Assembly: GCA_042218325.1 (NCBI GenBank)
Contig: JBDGRE010000001.1
Span: forward strand, 132,356 to 196,355
DNA from: Candidatus Nanohaloarchaea archaeon
GTDB lineage: Archaea; Nanohalarchaeota; Nanosalinia; Nanosalinales; Nanosalinaceae
Direction: 5' to 3'
Length of the DNA: 64,000 bases
In this document: piece after piece, positions 17,795-26,976 of the stretch
Layout: the number at the start of each line of letters is the position of its first letter
Numbering within the stretch: the stretch's first letter is position 1
The notes under the pieces: model-generated
What the model saw: only the letters and a program-made list of their open reading frames with translations
Databases searched by the model: none
Told to the model about the DNA's origin: nothing
Translations under genes and position numbers: made by a program

Positions 17795-18577
17795 TCAGCG
17801 GGTGATGTTTTCCTTGAACTTCTTGAACCCGCGCTTCAGCTTGGGGAAGCTCGGCTCCTCGAATTGTACACCCTCGAGGTCGTGGGCAAGCCTCTGTATC
17901 TCGAGCGACGCGGGCGATAGAGGTTCGCGCTGGACGAGAGGAGCTCCTTCGAAAAGGCTGCGCTTCATCTCCACGTCGTAGGGTATGGTCGCCATTATGT
18001 GTGATTCGGTCATCATCTCGACCTCCCTGTCGATAAGCTCCATCTCCGGGTCGCCCTCGGACATGTTGATAACTGTTCCGAGGACCGGCACGCGGAGCTG
18101 TTTCGCCTTCTGGATTATCTGCGCCGCGTTGGTGCCCGCGGTCTGGGTCGGCATGGTGATGATAATCAGTTCGTCGCACGCCTCCATGATGTTCTCCACC
18201 GTCGAGTTCAGGCCTGGCGGGCAGTCAACTATCACGTAGTCCGAGACCTCGCGGGCGTGCTCCAGCACCGGCTGTATCTGCGCAGTATCGGGTTCTGTCT
18301 GGCTTATCTCGTTAGACGCCACTATGGCCTTGATGCCTGCCGGATGCCGGAATATCGCGGAAGACGGGTGATCGTCGCCGTGCAGCACGTCCTGTATCTT
18401 CACAGGATGGTCGTACCGGCCCAGGTGCACCCCGAGATTGGATGCGGAGAAATCCGCGTCAACGACCGTTACCTCCTTGCCGAGTTGCTTCAGGCTGATC
18501 CCGAGGTTGACCGTCAGGCTGGTCTTGCCGACCCCGCCTTTCCCAGAAATCATGCCTATAACCCGTCCTTCGGTCAT
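17795..18577 (-). CDS. minD: MinD/ParA family ATPase
   Basis: Deviant Walker A SGKGGVGKT, VDAD, VDCPPG and IPYD. Start taken at MTEGRV. Confidence 0.85.
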   Translation of the reverse strand: MTEGRVIGMISGKGGVGKTSLTVNLGISLKQLGKEVTVVDADFSASNLGVHLGRYDHPVKIQDVLHGDDHPSSAIFRHPAGIKAIVASNEISQTEPDTAQIQPVLEHAREVSDYVIVDCPPGLNSTVENIMEACDELIIITMPTQTAGTNAAQIIQKAKQLRVPVLGTVINMSEGDPEMELIDREVEMMTESHIMATIPYDVEMKRSLFEGAPLVQREPLSPASLEIQRLAHDLEGVQFEEPSFPKLKRGFKKFKENITR

Positions 18578-18662
18578 GAACAGACAAGAATTTCGCTCAG
18601 ATGTTAATAAACCTGATGAGATGAACATTTGTTAAGCAAAGGTGGTTTAAAGTTTTCACTCC

Positions 18663-19088
18663 ATGAGAGTGATTATGAACTGGTTCTGGACTGCGGCGGT
18701 AGCACTCATCGTCGTGGCAGTTGCTCTTGTGGCGTTCCCGGGCAGCAGTTCAGGTATAACCTTCACGGACCTGGAGACAGAGTGCAGGTATGACCGTGTC
18801 GAGTCCGCTGATTTCACGCTCGAGGACCGGAGACTGGTTTTCGAGGGCATGTTCCCGGTCGACAACACGGACGTAAAACTGAGCCACGGGTACAGCAAGA
18901 GCAGCGACAAGATAGTGCTGAACGTGAAGTCATCGAAGATGGAGCAGCCGCGTTCCTTCGTGAACGAGTGTCTGGGGATGGTCATCTATGATGCACGGAC
19001 CCGCGAGCTTTCGCCGGGTTCCTATGATGTGCGGCTGAAGCACAACGGTGACCTCCAGAAGCGGCAGGTCATCCGGGTAACCCGGTAG
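18663..19088 (+). CDS. Secreted/membrane-anchored hypothetical protein
   Basis: N-terminal hydrophobic segment, two Cys and an LSPGSY.V motif. Confidence 0.7.
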   Translation: MRVIMNWFWTAAVALIVVAVALVAFPGSSSGITFTDLETECRYDRVESADFTLEDRRLVFEGMFPVDNTDVKLSHGYSKSSDKIVLNVKSSKMEQPRSFVNECLGMVIYDARTRELSPGSYDVRLKHNGDLQKRQVIRVTR

Positions 19089-19205
19089 CTACAGCACGTT
19101 CTGCATCTCGAGGTACGTCACGAGTAACGAAAGAAGATAGATAAAGGCTACTGTGCCGGCGATGACTTTCTGCTTCCGGTCCAGCCTTGAAATCCTCTCA
19201 AGCAT
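19089..19205 (-). CDS. Small single-TM protein (38 aa)
   Basis: MLERISRLDRKQKVIAGTVAFIYLLSLLVTYLEMQNVL fills the gap exactly, starting 9 nt after the ppsA stop. Below the ORF-track cutoff. Confidence 0.6.
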   Translation of the reverse strand: MLERISRLDRKQKVIAGTVAFIYLLSLLVTYLEMQNVL

Positions 19206-19214
19206 ACTTCCGTC

Positions 19215-21719
19215 CTACTTGAGACGGTAGCTTACCGCACCGCCCTTGTTTTCGACCTTTACCTTTCCCTCTCTTGCGAGCCAGCCGAGCGACTGGTGGA
19301 GTGTCTGCGCATCTATCGCGTCCTCGGTGTGCTTCAGAAGTTTCTCCGCGGTCGCCACGCCGTGCTCCTCCAGGATGCTGTAGATCTTGCCCGCGGGGCC
19401 TCCTATCATGCTCTCGTGGTCGAACTCCATGCTGCCTTCAGCCGAGTTATCCTCTGCCTCCGATACCTTGACTATCGTCTCGAGTGCGACGTCCGGTGAG
19501 ACCGATATCGCGTCGATACCTGCCTCCACGAGGAAGTCAGCGTAGCCCTCGTGAGTCGACGGTGCGTCGCCGCAGATGCCGACGTGTGCGTCTTTGGCGT
19601 GAGCCTGGCTGATGAGTCTTCTTATCGACTCCTTGACCGCAGGGTCACGCTCGTCGAACAGCTCCTTCAGCTTGTCGCTGTTCCGGTCGACCCCGAGGGT
19701 CAGCTGCGTCAGGTCGTTCGTGCCGACAGAGAAACCGTCGAACACGTCCGCGAACTCGCCTGCACGGATGATGTTCGCGGGGATCTCGGCCATGACGTAT
19801 ACATCGATGTCTCCTTCGTCGAGGCCGTACTCTTTCATCTTCGCACGCACGTTCTTGCCCTCCTCGACTGTCCGGCAGAACGGCACCATTATCGTAAGGT
19901 TGTCGAGCTCGAGCTCGTCGATGCACCGCCGCAAGGCCTGGCATTCCAGTTCGAAAGCCCTCGAGAACTGCTCGTCGTAGTAACGCGAGGCCCCGCGGAA
20001 CCCGAGCATAGGGTTCGCTTCATCTGGTTCGTACTCCTCGCCACCCTTCAGCTCCGCGTACTCGTCAGACTTGAAGTCCGATAGGCGGACGACGACCTGG
20101 TCGGGGTAGAACGCGGCACCGATCTTCCCGATACCGCTCCTCAAAGCTTCCACGTACTCTTCTTCCCGGTCATCTTCTATCAGCTTGAGCGGGTGCTCGC
20201 CCACGTGAGACGAGATTATGAACTCTTCACGGGCCAGTCCGACCCCCTCGACAGGGAGCTGTGCGACGTGGAAGACCTCGCTCGGCTCCCCGATGTTCAC
20301 CTGTACGTCAGTATCTGTTTCCGGTATCTCGTCGAGGTGATGTTCCTCGACCTCGAACTCCAGCTCGCCGTCCCATATCTTGCCAGTCGAGCTGCTGCAG
20401 TCCACGGTTACCTCCTGCTGGTCGTCCAGCTGTGACGTTGCATTTTCGGTTCCGATGACCGCCGGTACGCCGAGTTCACGGGAGACGATGGCCGCGTGAG
20501 AGGTGCGTCCGCCCTTGTTGGTTATTATCGCGCCCGCCTTCTTCATGATCGGTTCCCAGTCAGGGTCGGTCATGTCCGTTACGAGGACTTCTCCCTCCTC
20601 GAACTGGTCGATCTCCTTCGGGGACTCCAGTATGTGGGCCTTGCCAGCACCGATCTTCGAGCCGATGGCGCCTCCTTCAAGCACGACCTCGGATTCTTCT
20701 TTCATCCTGTGGTCCTTGATGACGTTCTCTTCCTCCTCCGCGTGCACAGTTTCCGGGCGGGCCTGGACGATGTAAAGCTCCCGTGTCTGGCCGTCATACA
20801 CCCACTCGATATCCATGTGCTTGCCGTAGTGGTCCTCGATACGTTCACCGTAGCGGGCGAGTTCCTTCACCTGGTTGTCGGTGATTGAGAACTTCTCCCG
20901 TTCATCCTTCGGTACCTTCTCCTTCTCGTTGTCTTCATCGCCCGAACCCCGCACCAGTTTTACCTCCTTGTCGCCGAGCTCCTTCTCTATTATGCCGAGG
21001 TTCTTCTTGAATACCGTGAACTCGTCCGGGTTGACCTCCCCCGCGACCACTAGGTCGCCGAGGCCGTACGCTGAGTTGATTGTTATGACCTCCTCGAAAC
21101 CGGAGTCCGGGTCGATAGTGAACATGACTCCTGCCGCACCAGTGTCGGAGCGGCCCATCTTCTGGATGACCGCGCTCAGCTTGACGTCGAAGTGGGAGAA
21201 GCCCTTGTCCTCCCGGTAGCTGATGGCGCGGTTGGTGAAGAGCGACGCGAAGCAATCCTTGATACGTTTTATCAGGTCCTGTTTGCCGGAGACGTTGAGG
21301 TAAGTATCTTGTTGACCGGCGAACGATGCACCGGGAAGGTCCTCCGCGGTCGCCGATGAGCGGACAGCGACCTCCGGGTTCTCGACGCCTATCTGCTCGC
21401 CGAGCTCCTCGTAGGCATCCATGAAAGCGTTTCGAAGGTCCTCTGGCATGTCGGCCTCCTGTATATGGGAGCGGATCTGCTTGCCGCGCCTCTGCAGGTC
21501 CTTCACGTCTTCAGTATCAAGGCCGTCCAGCAAGGTTTCTATCTTGTCCTTAAGGTCTGTCTCCTCTATGAAGTGATCGTACGCGCTGGCCGTGGTCGCG
21601 AAACCTGGTAGAACCGGTACGTCTATCTCGTTGTTGAGTTCGCCGAGGTTGGCGCTTTTTCCACCTACACGGTCAGTGTCGCTCGAGTCTATCTCGTCGA
21701 ACCAGAGAACCTTCTCCAT
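19215..21719 (-). CDS. ppsA: Phosphoenolpyruvate synthase with C-terminal winged-helix extension
   Basis: VGGKSANLGEL, AVRSSATAEDLPGASFAGQQDT, GGRTSHAAIVSRELG, NPMLGFRGASRY and FSVGTNDLTQ. Confidence 0.97.
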   Translation of the reverse strand: MEKVLWFDEIDSSDTDRVGGKSANLGELNNEIDVPVLPGFATTASAYDHFIEETDLKDKIETLLDGLDTEDVKDLQRRGKQIRSHIQEADMPEDLRNAFMDAYEELGEQIGVENPEVAVRSSATAEDLPGASFAGQQDTYLNVSGKQDLIKRIKDCFASLFTNRAISYREDKGFSHFDVKLSAVIQKMGRSDTGAAGVMFTIDPDSGFEEVITINSAYGLGDLVVAGEVNPDEFTVFKKNLGIIEKELGDKEVKLVRGSGDEDNEKEKVPKDEREKFSITDNQVKELARYGERIEDHYGKHMDIEWVYDGQTRELYIVQARPETVHAEEEENVIKDHRMKEESEVVLEGGAIGSKIGAGKAHILESPKEIDQFEEGEVLVTDMTDPDWEPIMKKAGAIITNKGGRTSHAAIVSRELGVPAVIGTENATSQLDDQQEVTVDCSSSTGKIWDGELEFEVEEHHLDEIPETDTDVQVNIGEPSEVFHVAQLPVEGVGLAREEFIISSHVGEHPLKLIEDDREEEYVEALRSGIGKIGAAFYPDQVVVRLSDFKSDEYAELKGGEEYEPDEANPMLGFRGASRYYDEQFSRAFELECQALRRCIDELELDNLTIMVPFCRTVEEGKNVRAKMKEYGLDEGDIDVYVMAEIPANIIRAGEFADVFDGFSVGTNDLTQLTLGVDRNSDKLKELFDERDPAVKESIRRLISQAHAKDAHVGICGDAPSTHEGYADFLVEAGIDAISVSPDVALETIVKVSEAEDNSAEGSMEFDHESMIGGPAGKIYSILEEHGVATAEKLLKHTEDAIDAQTLHQSLGWLAREGKVKVENKGGAVSYRLK

Positions 21720-21786
21720 ACCTCAGGTTTCCCGCCGGGAGGATTTAAAAGGCGCGTTGTGAGGTGGAAGTGAATAGGTCTCCGGT

Positions 21787-21916
21787 TTGCCTCCATCAGG
21801 ATGAATAACTTTTTCTGCTACAACGGCTGATGCGGCCTGATGCTTTGGCACGAACCTTTCGCATCCCGGGGTTAAGCTGTTCCAGGAAGCCCGCAGAGCT
21901 TTGTTCCCAGAGGCAA
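21787..21916 (-). ncRNA. Candidate structured ncRNA (~130 nt) of unknown family
   Basis: Closing stem TTGCCTC/GAGGCAA with inner stems CATCAGG/CCTGATG and TCCTGG/CCGGGA. G-U pairs favour the minus strand, and TTAAAG lies about 26 nt upstream. Confidence 0.55.
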
Positions 21917-21948
21917 GATGATTTTAACCCGTCTCCGTAAACTTTAAT

Positions 21949-22365
21949 GTGAAAAACAGAAGAGGACAGGCGGCGATAGAGTACATGACTGTGTTCGGTA
22001 TCGCGCTGCTGCTTTCCACACCGTTCATAATGCGGGCCCAGAGTTCCATCATGGATCTGAAGACCGGTTCGGAGATAATAGAGATGAGGGACTCGCTGAG
22101 CAAGATCGAGACGTCTGTCCAGACGGTGGGTGCGGCTGGCGAACCTGCGAGAAGGACGTTTCACGTTGAAATCCCGAGGTCAGTAGTGTCGTCAAGGATA
22201 GAAAACGATACCGTCGTATTTATACTGAGAGGCCCGGCCGGCAACTCGGATATGTCGAGGTCGTTTGAGACGAATGTAACCGGGACGCTTCCTGATACGC
22301 CGGGAATACACCGCCTTACTGTTTACGCTGAGAACGGAGCGGTGTATATAGAGGTGGTTGGATGA
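21949..22365 (+). CDS. Class III signal peptide pilin-like protein
   Basis: RRG/QAAIE followed by a hydrophobic helix. Confidence 0.85.
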   Translation: MKNRRGQAAIEYMTVFGIALLLSTPFIMRAQSSIMDLKTGSEIIEMRDSLSKIETSVQTVGAAGEPARRTFHVEIPRSVVSSRIENDTVVFILRGPAGNSDMSRSFETNVTGTLPDTPGIHRLTVYAENGAVYIEVVG

Positions 22366-22766
22366 GTTCCCAGGGGCAGAGCTCACTGGAGTTCCTCGCT
22401 TTCGTTTCGATGTCGGCGCTTCTGCTGGCTGCTCTTTACGGTGTTATGTCTACCAAGCAGACCGAAGCCTTCAGGCAGCAGAACACCGAGAAGGCGCAGA
22501 GGATAGCTGAACAGGTATCTTTCCAGGTCGAGCTTGCACTTATCCACGGTGACGGTTACTCGAGAGTATTCCCGGTCCCGTCCAGGATTGGAGGCAGCAG
22601 CTACACAGTGGAACTGTTCAATGGTACTTCCCGGGTTAGCTGGGCCAACCAGACTGTTCTCCAGCCTTCACGCTACGAGAGCGAGGAGATAAACATCACC
22701 ACACGGTCCGGGAACGTGTTCAGGGTGGTGAACCAGGACAGCGAGGTGACCTTCGTTGCCGAGTAA
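22362..22766 (+). CDS. Class III signal peptide pilin-like protein
   Basis: QG/QSSLEF followed by a hydrophobic helix and a GDGYSR motif. Confidence 0.85.
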   Translation: MSSQGQSSLEFLAFVSMSALLLAALYGVMSTKQTEAFRQQNTEKAQRIAEQVSFQVELALIHGDGYSRVFPVPSRIGGSSYTVELFNGTSRVSWANQTVLQPSRYESEEINITTRSGNVFRVVNQDSEVTFVAE

Positions 22767-23280
22767 GCTGGATGAGCGCCTGAGCACCGGCCAGACGTTT
22801 ATGCCTGACTACTTCGCAAGTATAGTGGTTTTCACTTTCCTGCTGATGATGTTTCTTTCAACCTGGAGCGCCGTGCTTGATAGCCAGTCATCTTTCGATG
22901 GTGCGGAGGCGATGAGGTTCAGGGCCCGCCACACAACATCCTTCCTGGTTTCAATGCCGGGATATCCGGAGAAATGGGAGAAACCTGGCGTGGATGTCAG
23001 GATACCAGGGTTCGCGTCGACGGACCACGTTCTCCAGGAGTCGAAGCTTGAAGCCTTCAGGGATCTGAGCTACCGGGAGCAGAGCGAGATACTGCTTGCA
23101 CGCGAGTTCTACATGAGTGTCAGGAACTCCACGGGTGTTATGCGGCTCAATGGGAAGCCTCTCGAGTTCGGCAAAAACTACTCTGGTGGCCGGACCGTCG
23201 TACCCATCACGCGCTCAGTTATGGTAAATCTTTCCGGAAACATGAGAACTGCGAAGCTGAGGTACGTGGTATGGAGATAG
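22756..23280 (+). CDS. Minor pilin-like protein
   Basis: TG/QTFMPD followed by a hydrophobic helix, with a PGYPEKW motif typical of archaeal minor pilins. Confidence 0.75.
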   Translation: MPSKLDERLSTGQTFMPDYFASIVVFTFLLMMFLSTWSAVLDSQSSFDGAEAMRFRARHTTSFLVSMPGYPEKWEKPGVDVRIPGFASTDHVLQESKLEAFRDLSYREQSEILLAREFYMSVRNSTGVMRLNGKPLEFGKNYSGGRTVVPITRSVMVNLSGNMRTAKLRYVVWR

Positions 23281-25175
23281 CTTCTGGTTCCGGGTCAAGA
23301 AAAGGGTTCTACTTCTCATTCGATGCTTTCCTGGCGCTGGCAGTGATGTCTGCCTCGCTGCTCGTTGTGGCGCAGGCGTCTGATGGTTCGCTGGGAGCGT
23401 TCAAGGCGCACAGCATACAGTACCGTGAAGCCAGTCTCCTGGGCCAGGACGCTATGAAACTGGCCTCCGAGCAAACCTTCATGAGCTTCAATAACTCGTT
23501 CAGGCAGGACCTGGTGTCAGATACAGTTATGAACAGGGACGACCTGGACAGGACGGTGCTCGACGGTGTATCGCTACTGTGGGCTGCCAGGAACTTCACC
23601 TATGCGCGTGAGGTGACCCGGAGGTACTTCGACCGCAGGCTTCCGGAAAGGTACGAGTACAGGTTGCAGGTAAACGAAGACGGGAACAGGACTATTATCT
23701 ACAGCACAGGTGATATGCCGGATACACCTAGCGCGGTATCGAGCATCTCCCGGCTCGTCTCAGGGCATAAGATCGACAGGCCGAGCGAGGGTTTCCAGGC
23801 CCGTGCCCGAGCCACCTCTTTCACGAAGAATGGGACCCGGATAGTATCGTTCCCGGCGATGGGTAACGCGTACAAGAACGGTAAGTTCGAGGTCAGGAAG
23901 GAGTTCAACCTCTCCGACATCGAGAAGATATGGAGCGGTACTTTCTACATCAACGTCGAGTACAACTCCGGCCAGTCAGTGGAGCAGTTCACGATCAACG
24001 GCGTGCAGAAGAAGACGGATATCGAGGAGATATACGATAACGGTGATACGCTTTACGCAAAGGTTGATGTGACCGGTGAGCTGCAGGAGGGCAGGAACAG
24101 CATCTACCTGCGTATGAAGGGAGAGGCAAGCCAGAGCCAGCCTAACGAGTTCCAGCCGGGCACCATGCTCAGGGTGAAGTACAGGAGGGATGGATTCGCG
24201 CCGGTCAAGAGGACAAGGCGGCACAGGAGGATCTACTTCGAGAACCTCACTGCTTCGACACCGGGTGGCGAGGCAGGAATTTTCAAGGTGGAGAGCTTTG
24301 AGCTCCCGAAAGGAGCTGACCTCGTAAACGCGTCTATCCATCTGGACGCACGCGGTATCAGCAGCTCCAGCTGCGGCTACAACGGCTGGTGGGTTGACTA
24401 CGACTGGGACGTGAAAACCATATTCAACGGAGAGGTTCTGGACGAGACCTGCGCGTCGGGCAGGTTCGAGAGGGAGTACATCCTGAATGAATCTAATGTG
24501 GACCCTGGTACCAACGTCTTTACCACCTACATCGAGAACTACGGGAACACGTTCTGGGGGAGCGATGAAGTAGGCATCTACTCCGACTTTGAAACCAGCA
24601 GGTCATCGCACATCGATGTCTGGTACAACGTTTCAGGGGATAACCTCAAGTTCGGACAGATAAAGGTGACTGCCTCGGAGAAGATGGGTGGTGGAGTGGA
24701 GGAACCCAAGGTGTATGAGAAAAGCTTTAATCACGGTGAGCTCTCAGGTTCTGAGGTTTACATCGCTCAGAAGTACAGCAACACGGTGCACCTGGAGGTT
24801 GACAATGGCACAGGTTACACCAGGATCTTCCAGTCACCGGGTGTCAGGGCGTCGCCGACCCGCATAACTGTACCGGATGACTACTACAGCAGGCGAAGCC
24901 TGAACCGCGTGCGCTTATCGGATTCAGGGCCGGATATCATAAAGTTCTATCCTGAATCGACGTTCCAGTGGACGGTCTGGGCTCCTTCGCAGGTCGGCTA
25001 CGGCCCGCTGTTCGAAAACCGTACAGCCGCTGTCGAGGACGCTAGAGAGCGGCTGAAGGATGCCCTGGGACCTTTCGTGGATGCGACAGGTATCTCCCAG
25101 GATACCTTATCTACAGGAGACCAGCCGTATCTCTGGGGTCCTGCGTCTATCAAGCTGGTGATATGGCGTGAGTAG
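23271..25175 (+). CDS. Large minor pilin/adhesin-like protein
   Basis: RKG/FYFSFD followed by a hydrophobic helix, a large inserted beta-rich region, and a pilin-like end KLVIW. Confidence 0.75.
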   Translation: MEIASGSGSRKGFYFSFDAFLALAVMSASLLVVAQASDGSLGAFKAHSIQYREASLLGQDAMKLASEQTFMSFNNSFRQDLVSDTVMNRDDLDRTVLDGVSLLWAARNFTYAREVTRRYFDRRLPERYEYRLQVNEDGNRTIIYSTGDMPDTPSAVSSISRLVSGHKIDRPSEGFQARARATSFTKNGTRIVSFPAMGNAYKNGKFEVRKEFNLSDIEKIWSGTFYINVEYNSGQSVEQFTINGVQKKTDIEEIYDNGDTLYAKVDVTGELQEGRNSIYLRMKGEASQSQPNEFQPGTMLRVKYRRDGFAPVKRTRRHRRIYFENLTASTPGGEAGIFKVESFELPKGADLVNASIHLDARGISSSSCGYNGWWVDYDWDVKTIFNGEVLDETCASGRFEREYILNESNVDPGTNVFTTYIENYGNTFWGSDEVGIYSDFETSRSSHIDVWYNVSGDNLKFGQIKVTASEKMGGGVEEPKVYEKSFNHGELSGSEVYIAQKYSNTVHLEVDNGTGYTRIFQSPGVRASPTRITVPDDYYSRRSLNRVRLSDSGPDIIKFYPESTFQWTVWAPSQVGYGPLFENRTAAVEDARERLKDALGPFVDATGISQDTLSTGDQPYLWGPASIKLVIWRE

Positions 25176-26409
25176 TTCGAAGACCGAGAGCATCCCCGCG
25201 GATTGTACTGGAACAGGGCGGAAGGGTATGGTATACACCAGTTTCGCGTTGATGGCCTCAAGTCTTATCCTGATGCTTGTCCTGGCACCGTCAGCCGAGG
25301 ATCTGGGCACAAGTTCAGGTGATGCAGCGCGTATCTCCGAGGCGTCTTTCTTCCTTGAATCAGTGCTGGCTGACATGGACCGCTCGTTATCCATAGCCAC
25401 CCGCCGGGCTCTTACAGGAGCAACCAACTACGTTATCGAGAACGGTGAGCCGCTGGTTGACCCGGGTGAGAATCTCACATCCGCCATGGTGAATGGAACG
25501 ATATCCGGGCAGGAACTGAACGCTACAGGCGATGCCTCGCTTTCGGTCTGGACCAGGAGGGTAGGCCGGATAGCGCAGAACTCGGGATACAGAGTCAAGA
25601 TAGATATAAGGGATTACTCCTTCAATCCGTCAGGCCTCGACGTGGCATCTTCCTACTCGGTCAGGGCATCGCTCTATGACCCTGCCACGCTAGTCCGGCT
25701 TAACCGTTCCAGGACCTCTCACGTGGAGGTATCGGCCTCGGGACTTGAAGACACGATGCTTCTTCTCCGCTCCGTAGGTCGGTACACGAACCAGTACACC
25801 CGGTGCAGGTTCGATGATCCTGCCGACAGGCTTTACACCGGTACAGGAACAGGGACTGCGCATGGTCTTGCCGCAGTCAATCCTGCTGACGCCTCTTCAG
25901 TGAGCAACAGTGGCGAAAAGGTGCTGGTTGCGGATGATATAGATAGCTACGCGGTCTCTGATGTGAACACCTTTGCGGGTGCTGTCTCGGCTCAACCGAA
26001 CTCTACCACCGGGTACACCGTTCCACGGGTGTTCGATACCGGGTCCATCGCCGGTGTGAAGCAGAACATGTCGCTCGTACTTCACTCCGGTGAGGTCTGG
26101 AGAACCGGCTTCAGGAGCATGTTCCAGGACGGCTGCTACGTCGAAACGGTGAGAGGGCCAGATGTCATGGACCGGTTTGAGAACGAACTGGTAAACGAGC
26201 CGGGTGAAACCGGGATCGCGACTCTCCTTGAATTGCCGCGACTACCACCCTCGCTCCAGCGGACAGGATCCGCGGTCGGTTATGTCTACTTCAACGGTAC
26301 CGGATACGGCGGATTGAATGAGGTAAGTGGAGTGAGCGGAGAGTATCCATGGTTCCGGCTGGACGATTACCACGTGGACCTGTGGGGCCTGGAGCCGCTG
26401 GCGCATTAA
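25168..26409 (+). CDS. Minor pilin-like protein
   Basis: RKG/MVYT followed by a hydrophobic helix. GP...DRFE and LD..H...G motifs near the C-terminus. Confidence 0.7.
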   Translation: MSSSKTESIPADCTGTGRKGMVYTSFALMASSLILMLVLAPSAEDLGTSSGDAARISEASFFLESVLADMDRSLSIATRRALTGATNYVIENGEPLVDPGENLTSAMVNGTISGQELNATGDASLSVWTRRVGRIAQNSGYRVKIDIRDYSFNPSGLDVASSYSVRASLYDPATLVRLNRSRTSHVEVSASGLEDTMLLLRSVGRYTNQYTRCRFDDPADRLYTGTGTGTAHGLAAVNPADASSVSNSGEKVLVADDIDSYAVSDVNTFAGAVSAQPNSTTGYTVPRVFDTGSIAGVKQNMSLVLHSGEVWRTGFRSMFQDGCYVETVRGPDVMDRFENELVNEPGETGIATLLELPRLPPSLQRTGSAVGYVYFNGTGYGGLNEVSGVSGEYPWFRLDDYHVDLWGLEPLAH

Positions 26410-26438
26410 AAATAAGAAAAAAAGTGGGTTTGAAGGGA

Positions 26439-26885
26439 CTAGCTGGACATCTTGTCCTTGATGGTGCCAGATACCTGCTGGGCTACACCTGCCGTGTACT
26501 CGATTTCTACATCGTAGCTGGTGCATGCGTCCGAACTGGTGATGGCTGGGAACGAGACTGAAGTCGTATCTCCCGCCCGTAGAGTGGTTCCTATGCCTGT
26601 CTGGCTAGCGATTGATGTCCCATCACTGGTGATGTTCACAGCGTTGAGCGTGACCTGCTCTCGCTTGTTGTTCTTGATCTGCAGGTTGAGCCCGGTATCC
26701 GTTGCACCGAACTCTGCGATGGCAACCGGAGTGGAGGCTAGACCGTTCTGCTTGGAGCACTGTCCCCTCACGGTTGCGAAAATCGCTCCGCCTACGATGG
26801 CTACTACGAGAAGCATCCATCCGTAGGTCATCAGGTACTCGATCGCTGACTGTCCCTTGCGTCTGTGGAAACTGGTTGATTTCAT
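26439..26885 (-). CDS. Probable major type IV pilin (DPANN type)
   Basis: RRKG/QSAIEYLMTYGWMLLVVAIVGG, with its own TATA box (TTTTATAAA ~26926-26934). Confidence 0.9.
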   Translation of the reverse strand: MKSTSFHRRKGQSAIEYLMTYGWMLLVVAIVGGAIFATVRGQCSKQNGLASTPVAIAEFGATDTGLNLQIKNNKREQVTLNAVNITSDGTSIASQTGIGTTLRAGDTTSVSFPAITSSDACTSYDVEIEYTAGVAQQVSGTIKDKMSS

Positions 26886-26976
26886 CAGGTTTTACACCCG
26901 AGCATATGCCTAAATACGCGAGGCCTTTATAAAAAAGGTTGTACTGTTTGCCGGGAAGAGGGACTCAATTCCTCTG

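Noticed and set aside
21787-21916. Calling the structured element 5S rRNA or a C/D box sRNA
   Set aside because: Conserved 5S loop motifs are missing, and the plus-strand CTGA copies lack a proper RUGAUGA box and spacing. Left as an unknown ncRNA.
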